From NCBI GenBank assembly GCA_963666205.1, contig OY762654.1:2048001-2112000 (forward strand): a stretch of DNA of 64,000 nt. The letters are read 5' to 3'. Made by a program: the position numbers and the translations under genes. Below, piece by piece: positions 11,269 to 21,507 of the stretch. The notes under the pieces are model-generated. The model saw only the letters and a list, made by a program, of their open reading frames with translations. It was not told the origin of the DNA and searched no databases. Each line of letters opens with the position of its first letter. Positions within the stretch are counted from its first letter, which is position 1. Origin of the DNA: Synergistales bacterium. GTDB lineage: Bacteria; Synergistota; Synergistia; Synergistales; JAFGMB01.

Positions 11269-11342
11269 CTTATGCAGAAGGAAAATATTGTAAAAAGGAT
11301 TACAGTATGGTCAGCAAGTTTATAACATGGAGGTAGTGAGAG

Positions 11343-11795
11343 ATGAAGAGATATATAGTAGCAGTTGTTCTGGTAGCTTTAGTGCTTGCCGCGGGCGCAG
11401 CATTTGCCCATGGTGACATGTGGAATAGGGGTCACGGCGGAAACAGCTGTCCAGGAGGCAGGGCCCTTCCATTCATGGGGCAGGGAGGTTCAGGAACGTA
11501 TGGTTCCCAGGGAGATGTGGATCATCACATGAGGACGGAAGGACATTGGCATGGATATTCCAATCGGGGTAGAGGATGGAACAATTCAAGGTTTCCCAGG
11601 GAAATAACTGATAAAATGACCGAAATACAGAAACTCCAGCTGGATATGAGAAGGGAAATGCTGGAAGAAAAGCCTGACATTGAACTTCTAAGGGAACTTC
11701 ACGGAAAAATGCAGAAAATTCGAAATGAGATGGCTGACTGGCATTTCAATCAATATCTTGAAAGCCTCAATGAAAGGGAAACATCCAAACAGTAA
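11343..11795 (+). CDS. secreted Gly/His-rich helical protein, ZraP/Spy/CpxP-like
   Basis: GGAGG RBS, signal peptide ending AFA, Gly/His/Met-rich linker, coiled-coil C-terminus; followed by a hairpin plus T-tract at about 11817-11851. Confidence 0.55.
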   Translation: MKRYIVAVVLVALVLAAGAAFAHGDMWNRGHGGNSCPGGRALPFMGQGGSGTYGSQGDVDHHMRTEGHWHGYSNRGRGWNNSRFPREITDKMTEIQKLQLDMRREMLEEKPDIELLRELHGKMQKIRNEMADWHFNQYLESLNERETSKQ

Positions 11796-12055
11796 AAACA
11801 CAATAGCCTCATAGTTGGACCCGGATCCAGCTGGGTCCGGGTTCTTTTCTTATCACAAATGGATGATTTGCATATTCTTGTTGACAAACATGCTAACCAT
11901 GATAAGCTCTCTGGAACTTTGTAAAATAATCAGCATGTAAGGATCTTCTGAGCATACCATTATATGGCATGCTTGCACCTCAATAGATGGGTCTCACCCA
12001 TTGCAGCGGGGCGGGGCCCCCATTTTATTTTTTACTTTTGCGGGGGAATTTTGTT

Positions 12056-12979
12056 ATGGACCAGAAGGGCAGTTTTTCTTATGTAGATCTTGTGCTAGTT
12101 GTTAACGGTTTTATCTGGGGTATTAACCCTCCTATAATGAAGGTAGGTCTTCAGTATTTTCCTCCGAGTACCTATAACATGGTCCGCCTGTTCTTTGCCC
12201 TTCTTCTTTCCCTGTTCCTTGTATGGAAATACAATACAGGGAAAAAAGTTGAACCTCAGGATCGAAAGAAACTTCTCATAATAGGTTTTCTTGGATTTAC
12301 CATTTTTCAGGTATGTTTTGCCTATGGAGTAAAGATGACCACCGCGGGAAACGCTTCTCTGATCCTCAGTCTGGTCCCAATAAGTGTGGCGGCCATAAGC
12401 TGGTTTGCAATGGGTGAAAGGATCCGTCCTGCCACTCTCCTGGGTATTCTTTTTTCAGTGGTGGGAGTTGCATTTATCGTAGCCGGTTCTGGCAATGGGA
12501 TAAGCCTTAAAAGCAGGGACTTTCTTGGGGTGATCCTTATAATTGGCGCCCAGATATCCTTCGCTTTTTACATGGTCTATTCCAGGCCCTTTCTTCAGAA
12601 ATATTCCCTTCATCAGGTAACTGCATGGATCATCAGTTCAGCATGTGTTGTTTTTCTTGGTCTTTCGTATAAAGAACTTATCAATCTTGACTGGTCATCC
12701 ATTCCACTTTCTGCCTGGGTCAGCGCCCTCTATTCGGGTACCTTCGCACTTTGTGTCGGAAATATTCTGTGGAGCTGGGGCATAAAAAGACTTGGAAGTA
12801 CCAGGACAGCTATCTATAACAACCTTCCCCCTGTTTTTTCGATCCTTACAGGCTGTCTCTTCCTTGGAGAACCCTTTGGTCTGCTCCAGACTGCAGGTGC
12901 ACTGCTTATTTTTACAGGTCTGTATGCCAGTCGCCTTAAATTTGAATGGAATACAACTTTATTGAAAAGACAGCAGTAA
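12056..12979 (+). CDS. DMT/EamA-family transporter
   Basis: Two EamA repeats (FIWGINPP, TTAGNASLI, LGEP). Start moved from 11987 to ATG 12056, which follows a GGGGG RBS. Confidence 0.9.
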   Translation: MDQKGSFSYVDLVLVVNGFIWGINPPIMKVGLQYFPPSTYNMVRLFFALLLSLFLVWKYNTGKKVEPQDRKKLLIIGFLGFTIFQVCFAYGVKMTTAGNASLILSLVPISVAAISWFAMGERIRPATLLGILFSVVGVAFIVAGSGNGISLKSRDFLGVILIIGAQISFAFYMVYSRPFLQKYSLHQVTAWIISSACVVFLGLSYKELINLDWSSIPLSAWVSALYSGTFALCVGNILWSWGIKRLGSTRTAIYNNLPPVFSILTGCLFLGEPFGLLQTAGALLIFTGLYASRLKFEWNTTLLKRQQ

Positions 12980-13129
12980 AATTCTGTTCAGGCATCTTTT
13001 CCTATTTTATCATACAGCATATGTTCTGGTGATTGACAGTAACCATTACTCCCTTTAGTCTTTTAGTGATATATGATTTTATGAATTTCCAGGTCTCTGG
13101 TTTCGGCCGTCAATGAAGGGAGATAACCC

Positions 13130-14735
13130 ATGCGTAGATCTTTCCTGTTCGATACCGTCATAAAAAATGCCCGAATAGTTGATGGCGCCCGTACACCCTG
13201 GTTTCGCGGAGATGTGGGAATACAGAACGGCAGAATATCCTTTGTAGGAAATCTAAGGGATTACCGGGCCGTTGAAACCATTGATGCCCATGGGAGGATC
13301 CTTTCCCCGGGTTTTATTGATATACATACCCACTGCGATTTCAGTTTTTTTTCAGATCCATGCCTTTTCTCCAAAGTTCTTCAGGGAGTGACCACGATCG
13401 CCATAGGACAGTGCGGCATTAGCCCCGCACCCATATTTCCCGACAAGATCCCTCTCCTTGACAGCTATTCGGGTTTCATACAGGGAGGGACTGATCCTCT
13501 CTGGTCATGGAGAACCTTTGGGGAATGGCTTTCCACCCTTGAATCGTTACGGCCTGGTGTTAACGTTTTTTCCTTTGTCGGCCATGGAACTATAAGGCTT
13601 AATGTAATGGGTTTCGAAAATCGTACCCCTTCTGATTCAGAGTTACAGCAGATGAAGGCCCTGCTTCACCATTCCATGGAAGAAGGTGCCTTTGGAATGA
13701 GCAGCGGGCTGATCTACCCTCCGGGGGTCTATACAACCCCGGAAGAACTTATGGAAGTTGCTGAACCACTGAAGGAATACCGTGGACTTTACCTTTCCCA
13801 TATTAGAAACGAATCTTCTGGAATGCTTGATTCAGTAGCCGAAACGATAAAATTGTCCGAGCATGTAAAGATCCCGGTCCAGATACACCATTTGAAGGTT
13901 TGTGGCAGGCCTAACTGGGGATTGGTGGACAAAGCTCTTGATATGATTGAGGAGGCCCGCAGCCGAGGTATTGATATCACTGCCGATATGTATCCATACA
14001 TTGCTACAAGTACCACCCTGAGGACCATTCTTCCTCCCTGGGTTCAGGAGGATGGAATTGACGGCATTGTACGTTTACTGGAAAACACAGACAGCAGGGA
14101 TCAAATAGTTCAGGAGATCCTTTCGGGCGGACAAGTGGAAAACATCATTCGTAACTGCAACGGGCCCGAGAATATCCTAATCCTTGATACGCCGCAGACA
14201 CCTCAAATGGAGGGTAAAACACTGCGGGAAGCATCGAAAATAATGGGGCTCAGGCCTGTAGAAACTGCCCTTGAGATAATTTCAAGAAACAGAGGAAGTG
14301 ATACCTGTTGTTTCTTCGAAATGTGCGAAAAGGACGTGGTTTCGGTCCTTTCCCATCCTCTTACCATGATAGGTTCAGATTCGAGTCCCTCCGGCTCGGG
14401 GGGCGAAGTGTCATCCCCGGACCAATGGTACCTTCTCCCGAATTCTTAATAAATATGTAAGGCAAGAAAAGATTCTTTCCCTGGAGGATGCTGTCTGGAA
14501 AATGACAGGGTTTCCGGCCACCAGGGCAGGATTATCGACGAAGGGTTTTGTAAAAGAGGGTATGGATGCCGATCTTATCCTTTTCGATCCGGAATCAGTA
14601 AAGGAAAATGCCGATTTTACCAACCCTGAAAATTATTCCGAAGGAATAGACGAGATGTTTATTAATGGCAGAAGGGTGGTCAGGGAAGGAGTTCCCACAG
14701 GAGTGAGGGCTGGGAAGATCCTTCGCAGACAATAG
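13130..14735 (+). pseudogene. D-aminoacylase / N-acyl-D-amino-acid deacylase, split by a frameshift
   Basis: PGFIDIHTHCD, GMSSGLIYPPG and SHIRNE motifs lie in 13130..14449. The conserved tail HPRTNGTFSRIL...EDAVWKMTGFPA...DADLILFDP continues in a different frame after the G6 run at 14398-14403, ending at 14735. Confidence 0.85.
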
Positions 14736-14857
14736 GCCCAGCTTCCTGTTTTCAGTTAAAAGACAGGCTTGACGAAAATCGAATTATGGTTACACTGAAC
14801 ATTGGTCATTCATGAAATGTTGAAAATCCAGGAATGATCCAATCGAATATTTTATGG

Positions 14858-14995
14858 TAGCAGGATAAGGAAGCCGGTGAAAATCCGGCACAGCCCCGCT
14901 ACGGTAAGGATGACAAAGCGCTCAAATTGCCACTGGGAAGAAACCTGGGAAGGCGAGTGTGGAGGATGAATCCGAGTCCGGATACTTATCTGTTA
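14858..14995 (+). ncRNA. cobalamin (B12) riboswitch
   Basis: AAGGAAGCCGGTGAAAATCCGGC, GCCCCGCTACGGTAA, GCCACTGGGA...CCTGGGAAGGC, GAGTCCGGATAC; P1 GATAAG/CTTATC. Lies upstream of a btuB-like gene, with putative promoter TTGACG-16-TACACT at 14769-14796. Confidence 0.92.
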
Positions 14996-15046
14996 ACGTG
15001 CAAGAAACTTTTCACGAGGGTTGGAAAGTGCTTTTTTTGTTACTTG

Positions 15047-15079
15047 AAAGGCAGACCTGGTGAGGTCTGCCTTTTCTTT
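15047..15079 (+). terminator. riboswitch expression-platform terminator
   Basis: AAAGGCAGACCT-GGTG-AGGTCTGCCTTT followed by TCTTT, between the aptamer and the btuB start. Confidence 0.75.
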
Positions 15080-15135
15080 ATCCAGGTAGCATCAATAGCC
15101 CTTCCTGTTTGTAATTTTCTTATTTCCAAGGAGGA

Positions 15136-17013
15136 GTGAATGTGTTTAGAAAGTCTTTGTTCGTTATCCTGATTATTTCCATGGTTATTGTTGCAGGAAG
15201 TGTTTCTCCAGTCACGGCAGAGGATGTCGTTACTGTCGAAAAGGAAGTGGTTACCGGCTCCAGGATATATACAGATCTTGCCGAAGTGCCCGCAGCGACC
15301 TACGTACTAGACAGGGAAACTATCGAAAAGAGCGGGGCATCCGGATTAAGTGAACTGCTTTCACAGATTCCCGGTATTTCTACCAGGAGCCGTGCAGGAA
15401 ACACACAGGGAGAATTCGTAGAGATGCGTGGATTAACAACGGAAATGCTTATCCTCGTTGATGGGATCCCCTATTACAGAACAAGCCACGTGGCTGGTGC
15501 AGCGGCAGTTGACCTGAGATCACTTCCCATAGAGAACATTGATCGTATCGAAGTTGTAAAGGGAGCAGGATCATCTGTTTATGGTTCAATGGCTGCTGCG
15601 GGTGTAATAAATATAGTTACAGGAAGATCTGACCAGACCCAGGCCAGTGTAATTGCAGAAGGGGGAAGTAATGAATGGAAAAGAGGTTCTTTTCAGGCCT
15701 CAATCGCCGGGGATATGATAAATGGGAGAGTCTGGTACTCACACAAGGAAGAAGGAGAATCTCCTCTGCTTTCCTATTCCGGTGCAGCGGGTGAATTTGA
15801 AAACAGAAATCTTGACTATGAAAATGATTCGGGAGGTTTTTCTCTAAATAGCGGGTCATGGGAAATATCTGCCGTGTGGGGTAGCTATTCTTCAGAATGG
15901 ACTTATGGTAACGATCCCGAAGAACAGGAGAATGACTTCTCCCGTTACATTCTTAAATACCAGGAAGGCAACAATCGCTTTCTCCTGTATCTTGATGACC
16001 AGGAACAGGATGTCTTTCAGTACGGAAGCTGGACCAATGTGGATGATCAGGCCTGGGGAGCTGAATATTCCCGTAATACCTTCTGGAAAGAAGCGTTGAT
16101 ATCCTGGGGGATAGCCTACAGGAACGAGCAAATGACCTACGACCTTGATGCATGGTTCATAAACTATGACAGATCAAGAACTAATTACGCACCCTTCGCG
16201 GAAGTCTCAATTCCTGTTGGAGATCTTGTCATGGACCTCGGGCTCAGATACGAGAACTGGGATCAGAATGATGCCGATGATTATCAGGAACTGATACCGC
16301 ACATCTCTTTCAGTTATCAGACCATCGGCGGAAGCCTCTGGTATCTTTCTGCAGGCCGCTTTTTCGCCATGCCGAGTCTGTATGAACTTTCATATTTCGA
16401 CAACTGGATCGCAACGGAGCCTAATTTATCTCTCGAGCCTGAGGACGGCTGGAGTTACGAAATGGGATTCAAGGGAAGAAATGAAAAGGGCAGCTGGAAT
16501 GTGGGACTTTTTTATCTGGAAATGGATAACAGGATAGATATTCTTCCGGATTACTCCCAATATGTTAACCTTGCAGAATTCAGGTCCTGGGGAATAGAAT
16601 CATCGAGGAGCTGGAGGATCTCACCTCTCTGGGAGTTTGCCCTTGGAATTACATGGATGGAGGCAGAAGAAAAGGAAACTTCAGAAAGCTCCTGGATAAA
16701 AGGCGGTACTCCCAAGTGGGATATGAATGCAGCCCTGGCCTATAAGAAAGGACCATTCTCCGGGAAACTGCAGTTGAATTATCTGGGAGACAGGGAAGAT
16801 GAAAGGGAAGGAATAGGTTCTCTTTCCCAGGAAGATGTAGTTACGGTGGATGCATTGATGCAATGGGAAACTGATGCAGGCATCTTCATCCTTTCGGGCT
16901 ACAACATTCTGGATGAGGAATATTACCTGCAGGATTATACAAGTTGGGGGACTACCACCCGGTATTACGGCCAGGAAGCAAGATATTATGTTACCTGGAA
17001 ATATAAATTCTGA
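15136..17013 (+). CDS. btuB: TonB-dependent outer-membrane receptor for cobalamin (BtuB-like)
   Basis: Signal peptide, EVVTGSR TonB box, plug motif IDRIEVVKGAGSSVYGS...GVINIVT, C-terminal YKF; B12 riboswitch upstream. Confidence 0.85.
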   Translation: MNVFRKSLFVILIISMVIVAGSVSPVTAEDVVTVEKEVVTGSRIYTDLAEVPAATYVLDRETIEKSGASGLSELLSQIPGISTRSRAGNTQGEFVEMRGLTTEMLILVDGIPYYRTSHVAGAAAVDLRSLPIENIDRIEVVKGAGSSVYGSMAAAGVINIVTGRSDQTQASVIAEGGSNEWKRGSFQASIAGDMINGRVWYSHKEEGESPLLSYSGAAGEFENRNLDYENDSGGFSLNSGSWEISAVWGSYSSEWTYGNDPEEQENDFSRYILKYQEGNNRFLLYLDDQEQDVFQYGSWTNVDDQAWGAEYSRNTFWKEALISWGIAYRNEQMTYDLDAWFINYDRSRTNYAPFAEVSIPVGDLVMDLGLRYENWDQNDADDYQELIPHISFSYQTIGGSLWYLSAGRFFAMPSLYELSYFDNWIATEPNLSLEPEDGWSYEMGFKGRNEKGSWNVGLFYLEMDNRIDILPDYSQYVNLAEFRSWGIESSRSWRISPLWEFALGITWMEAEEKETSESSWIKGGTPKWDMNAALAYKKGPFSGKLQLNYLGDREDEREGIGSLSQEDVVTVDALMQWETDAGIFILSGYNILDEEYYLQDYTSWGTTTRYYGQEARYYVTWKYKF

Positions 17014-17065
17014 AATTAAGGTGAAAAGAACTTAAAGAGCTTTTTCCGGAAGGAATGTCATTTTT

Positions 17066-18193
17066 TTGAAATTTATTAAAAAGTATCTGGTCTTTACTGC
17101 CCTGGTTCTTGTATGTCTGTTTTTAACTCTTGATACTGGTCCGGCCCTTTCTCTGGAGGGCCGGCTCTCCATTGAGCATGCACAGGGTTTCGATGTGGAG
17201 TATCACGAAGGGTACATTATTCTTACTGTTTACGAACCATGGCCGGGTGCCGCGGAAACGATCCGGTACGTACTGCTGGAAAGGGGTAAGACTCCTCCCG
17301 ATGGTTTCAGGGAAGAAAATATAATAGAAACACCCCTTCAAAGCTGCGTTTCCACCACGACTGTCAACCTTGTCTTTATGAAAGAACTGGGTGTTCTTGC
17401 TACGCTTATCGGTCAGGGTGGTAAAAGATATGTCTACGACCCGTCTCCCTCCGTGGAAGACCTTCCTGAGATCGGTACCGGGGCCGATCTTGACCTGGAA
17501 AAGCTTCTCGAGCTCTCTCCCGAGGTGATCTTTGCCTATTCCTATTCTTCTTCAGAGAGAGATGTTCTGCACCAGTTGCAGAGAATGGGCCTGAAAGTGG
17601 TCCTTATGAGTGAGTATCTTGAAAATTCTCCCCTCGGAAGAGCAGAGTGGGTCAAGTTCCTTTCATTCTTCTTTGATAGAACTTCCGAAGCAGAAAAGAT
17701 CTTCCATCGGGTAAGTCAAAGATATGACGAATTGGCTGATATGGGGAGATCTATGGACAAAAAACCTGTTATCTTCTCAAATATGGCCTATAACGGGGTC
17801 TGGTATGTGCCTGGTGGGGGCAACTGGGTAGCACAGCTTTTCAGAGATGCCGGTGGGGAGTATCCGTGGTCTGGAGATCCTTCAGAAGGAAGCCTTGCCC
17901 TGGATCTCGAGACAGTGCTTATGAATGCTTCAAATGCAGATATCTGGCTTAATCCCGGTGGATGTAATACTCTTGAGGAACTGAAGAAAATAGATGACAG
18001 ATATGGTCTGTTCAAAGCCTTCAGGACAGGAGAAATATATACCCCTGCCAGGAGAGTGGATCTTCGCGGAGGGAACGACTATCATCAAAGGGGAGTATTG
18101 CATCCCGAAGAGATACTGGAAGATCTGCTGGCCATCATGCATCCCGGACTCTTTCCGGAATATAAAATGATGTATTATAAAAAACTGGATTGA
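17066..18193 (+). CDS. cobalamin ABC transporter substrate-binding protein (BtuF-like)
   Basis: EYLENSPLGRAEWVKF, WYVPGG motifs; operon context. Confidence 0.88.
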   Translation: MKFIKKYLVFTALVLVCLFLTLDTGPALSLEGRLSIEHAQGFDVEYHEGYIILTVYEPWPGAAETIRYVLLERGKTPPDGFREENIIETPLQSCVSTTTVNLVFMKELGVLATLIGQGGKRYVYDPSPSVEDLPEIGTGADLDLEKLLELSPEVIFAYSYSSSERDVLHQLQRMGLKVVLMSEYLENSPLGRAEWVKFLSFFFDRTSEAEKIFHRVSQRYDELADMGRSMDKKPVIFSNMAYNGVWYVPGGGNWVAQLFRDAGGEYPWSGDPSEGSLALDLETVLMNASNADIWLNPGGCNTLEELKKIDDRYGLFKAFRTGEIYTPARRVDLRGGNDYHQRGVLHPEEILEDLLAIMHPGLFPEYKMMYYKKLD

Positions 18194-19293
18194 CAGTATT
18201 TTCAGAAAGGTCAGGCCAAATGGCTCAGTATAATATAAGTATGTATAGTGCAACAAACAATAGAAGAACTAAATTCCTTTTCACTGGATTTGGCATTGTC
18301 ATGTTTTTTCTCTTTATTCTTGGGCTTTCTCATGGATCGGTAAGAATACCGTCAAGAGAAGTTTTTATTATTCTTACAGGTGGAGAAGGGAATAACCCTG
18401 TCTGGACGGACATAGTTCTTAACCTGAGGCTTCCCAGGATCCTGGCAGCTATGCTGGGCGGGAGTGCCCTGGGTATTGGAGGACTGCTTATGCAGACCCT
18501 TTTCCTCAATCCCCTTGCCGGCCCATTTGTCCTTGGAATAAATGCCGGAGCAAGCCTGGGTGTTGCCCTGGTGATACTCCTTTCAGGAATAGCAGGATTC
18601 AGTTCTTTTCTTTCTGGTATTGGCATGCTGGCTGAGATGGGTATGGTCATCGCGGCCACTCTAGGCTCAGCTCTGGTGATCATAATGGTATTGATACTGG
18701 CAAGAAGAATAGCCAGCAAAACAGTCCTGCTTCTTATAGGGATCATGTTCGGTTATGCCGTAAGCGCTCTTGTGAGTGTCCTTATCCACTTCAGCATGGC
18801 GGAAAGGGTGCAGTCGTTTCTTGCGTGGACCTTTGGGAGTTTTTCAACTGTTTCATGGAAGGAATTGAAGGTAATGATACCCGTTATTACAATTTCCCTG
18901 GCACTGACCTTTCCGCTGGGAAAGGATCTCAATGTATTGCTTATGGGTGAAACCTATGCTTCAAGCATGGGAGTGGCTGCCAGAAAAGTGAAGAATTCAG
19001 TCATTCTTTTAACAGCCCTTCTGGCCGCTACTGTTACCGCATTCTGCGGCCCCGTCGCATTCCTGGGAATAGCAGTCCCCCATCTGGCCAGAAACATAGC
19101 CCGAACCGGCGATCATCGGGTGCTTATACCTATGTGTATTCTACTCGGTTCAATAGTCGCTCTCCTGTCAGACCTGATAGCTCATTTCCCCGGTCAGGGA
19201 GTAGTCCTTCCCCTTAATGCAGTGACCTCGTTAATTGGTGCTCCGGTTGTGATCTGGGTTATAACGAGGTATCAGCATGTGGGGAGGTCCTGA
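18190..19293 (+). CDS. FecCD/BtuC-family ABC permease
   Basis: LRLPR, NPLAGPFVLGINAGA, GPVAFLGIAVPH motifs; exact start uncertain (18190, 18220 or 18241). Confidence 0.92.
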   Translation: MTVFSERSGQMAQYNISMYSATNNRRTKFLFTGFGIVMFFLFILGLSHGSVRIPSREVFIILTGGEGNNPVWTDIVLNLRLPRILAAMLGGSALGIGGLLMQTLFLNPLAGPFVLGINAGASLGVALVILLSGIAGFSSFLSGIGMLAEMGMVIAATLGSALVIIMVLILARRIASKTVLLLIGIMFGYAVSALVSVLIHFSMAERVQSFLAWTFGSFSTVSWKELKVMIPVITISLALTFPLGKDLNVLLMGETYASSMGVAARKVKNSVILLTALLAATVTAFCGPVAFLGIAVPHLARNIARTGDHRVLIPMCILLGSIVALLSDLIAHFPGQGVVLPLNAVTSLIGAPVVIWVITRYQHVGRS

Positions 19294-19294
19294 C

Positions 19295-20311
19295 GTGAAA
19301 GAAGAATTGCTTCTAAGAACAGAAGGTCTGAATATCGGTTATAAAAAAGGGTCTAAGTCACAGACTATCATTGCCACCGGTCTGAAACTTGAGGTTTTCA
19401 GAGGAGAGCTTGTCTGTCTTGTGGGACCTAATGGAGTGGGGAAGTCCACCCTTCTTCGGACCCTTGCCGGTCTGCATGATCCCCTTGGGGGGAGAATTCT
19501 CCTGAGGGAAAGGGATATCAGTTCCATATCCTCTCTCGAAATGGCCAGGATACAGGGACTTGTCCTCACTGAAAAAATAGAAATGGAAGGATTCAATGTT
19601 TTCGACATGGTTAGCCTTGGCCGATTTCCCCACACTGACTGGAAGGGTTCCCTCAAATGTGAAGATCACCGGATAATTGCAGAGTCCCTTCAGATGGTTC
19701 GGGGAGAGAACTTTGCGGAAAGAAAGATCAATGAATTAAGCGATGGTGAGCGCCAGAAAGTGATGATAGCCCGTGCCCTTGCCCAGGAACCTGAACTGAT
19801 CCTTCTGGATGAACCTACTTCCTTTCTCGATCTTTTGAGAAAGGTGGAGATCGTACGTATAATGAGGGATCTGGCCCGGAAACAGAATAAGGCTGTGGTT
19901 ATGGCTTTGCACGACATACCCCTTGCCCTCCAGTATGCCGATAGACTGTGGCTTTTTGAACAGACAGGAAATATCCTGGATGGAGCACCGGAGGATCTGG
20001 TTTTATCAGGGAAGATAGTAGAGACCTTTTCCTCAGATCCATTGATCTTTGATCCGGTTACGGGAAGTTACCCCTTCTATGGAGATCAGAATAAACAGAT
20101 CTTACTTAAAGGGGACGGTCTTACTGGATTATGGACAAGAAAAGCTCTGGAAAAGGAAGGATATTCAGTAACTGATCAATATCTTTCCGGGGTGCCCTTG
20201 CTGGAAATAACCAATAGAAATAATTCCCGGCAATGGCATCTGTCACAGGGGTCCAGGAATGAGAGCTATTACTGTATTTATGATATGCTCAGGGGCCTCA
20301 GAGATTTATAG
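19295..20311 (+). CDS. cobalamin/iron ABC transporter ATP-binding protein (BtuD-like)
   Basis: GPNGVGKST, LSDGERQK, LLDEPT motifs; GTG 19295 follows a GGAGG RBS. Confidence 0.92.
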   Translation: MKEELLLRTEGLNIGYKKGSKSQTIIATGLKLEVFRGELVCLVGPNGVGKSTLLRTLAGLHDPLGGRILLRERDISSISSLEMARIQGLVLTEKIEMEGFNVFDMVSLGRFPHTDWKGSLKCEDHRIIAESLQMVRGENFAERKINELSDGERQKVMIARALAQEPELILLDEPTSFLDLLRKVEIVRIMRDLARKQNKAVVMALHDIPLALQYADRLWLFEQTGNILDGAPEDLVLSGKIVETFSSDPLIFDPVTGSYPFYGDQNKQILLKGDGLTGLWTRKALEKEGYSVTDQYLSGVPLLEITNRNNSRQWHLSQGSRNESYYCIYDMLRGLRDL

Positions 20312-21118
20312 TTACTGATCTTCAAGCCTGAAGATCACGGGTATTCTGACTTTTGCCTTTGATGGATAACTGAAAGTCCATTTCCTGACAGCGTCGACTG
20401 CCGAGCTATCCAGTCTTGGGAAGCTGCTGGAGCTCTCAACCATAACTTCAACTACCTGTCCATTGTCGATCTCAAGAAGTAAAATAACCTCACCTTCTTC
20501 CCTTCTTAACCGGGATGTTCGAGGATAGGAAGGTTTGACCCTCCTTATCACACCCGCTTTTTCTGCATCCAGGACCAGGGGCAGAACCAGCTTTTCCTGT
20601 TCCTGATCAGAGGCTCCCGAAAACTCAGCAATTTCTCCCTGAATTGTATTTCCAGTCACTTTTTCCCGGGATTCAAGGCCTTCAACCGGTACGTTCCCGA
20701 CTTGAGATTCTGTCGGAGCAGGATCTTCAGTCTGTTCTTTCTTTTGCTCCTGTTCAGGTTTTTGAGGAACCTTTTCCTTTACCGGTTCCAGATTTTTATT
20801 GGGTTTTTTCAAGGGAGTAGTCTCATTAACATTCTTGTTTGTGTCAGCTGTTTCTGTTTCTGGAACTGGTTCCAGGTTTGCTGCAGCATCAAAGAAGTTC
20901 TTTTTCGAAACCTCGGAAACCTCATAAGGCAGTGAAATTTCGTTGAAAGTACTTTTCTTATCAGAAGGATTCCCTGATTTAGCCAGGTTTACCAGCGCTA
21001 TTGCTGTGGACTGAACACCAGGGGGCTCCGGTTTGTAAAAAGAATGCAGGCCTAAAAAATAAAGTACTGTTGCATGAAGCAGGATACTTATCAGAAGAGC
21101 AGATACTATTCTTTTCAA
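20312..21118 (-). CDS. tonB: energy transducer TonB
   Basis: N-terminal anchor SILLH, Pro/Glu/Lys-rich linker, C-terminal PSYP...EEGEV...SSFPRLD...W. Confidence 0.88.
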   Translation of the reverse strand: MKRIVSALLISILLHATVLYFLGLHSFYKPEPPGVQSTAIALVNLAKSGNPSDKKSTFNEISLPYEVSEVSKKNFFDAAANLEPVPETETADTNKNVNETTPLKKPNKNLEPVKEKVPQKPEQEQKKEQTEDPAPTESQVGNVPVEGLESREKVTGNTIQGEIAEFSGASDQEQEKLVLPLVLDAEKAGVIRRVKPSYPRTSRLRREEGEVILLLEIDNGQVVEVMVESSSSFPRLDSSAVDAVRKWTFSYPSKAKVRIPVIFRLEDQ

Positions 21119-21507
21119 GGTGAGGTGTTACCTCCCAGGGCCAGGCTGACCTTATCCACACCTCTTGCCCTTATATCATCAAGAAGTGAAGCAATGGTTC
21201 CATAGGAGGTATCAGTATCCCCTGCAATGAGGATATCCTTATTGTTCCTGCTTGATTCTTCAGCCAGAGATAAAACCTCATCCCGTGTCACCGGGGCGTT
21301 TCCAACGGCAAAATTACCTTCAGGGTCTACAGATATCACTACAGGAGAACCTGTTATTGATGTCCCTTTTCCTGAAGGGAGGTCTATAACAAGCTGACTT
21401 CGAACAAAAGAAGTGGTAAGAACAAAAAATATTATAAGAATGAAGAGGACATCTATAAGAGGAGTTAGTTCGATATCAGGAAAAGCTCTCCTTCGTGAAC
21501 TTCTCAT
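21115..21507 (-). CDS. exbD: biopolymer transporter ExbD
   Basis: LTPLIDVLFILIIFF; IAGD...YG motifs. Confidence 0.92.
   Translation of the reverse strand: MRSSRRRAFPDIELTPLIDVLFILIIFFVLTTSFVRSQLVIDLPSGKGTSITGSPVVISVDPEGNFAVGNAPVTRDEVLSLAEESSRNNKDILIAGDTDTSYGTIASLLDDIRARGVDKVSLALGGNTSP

Noticed and set aside
14927-15139. 70-aa ORF upstream of btuB
   Set aside because: Overlaps the cobalamin riboswitch and terminator; no RBS.
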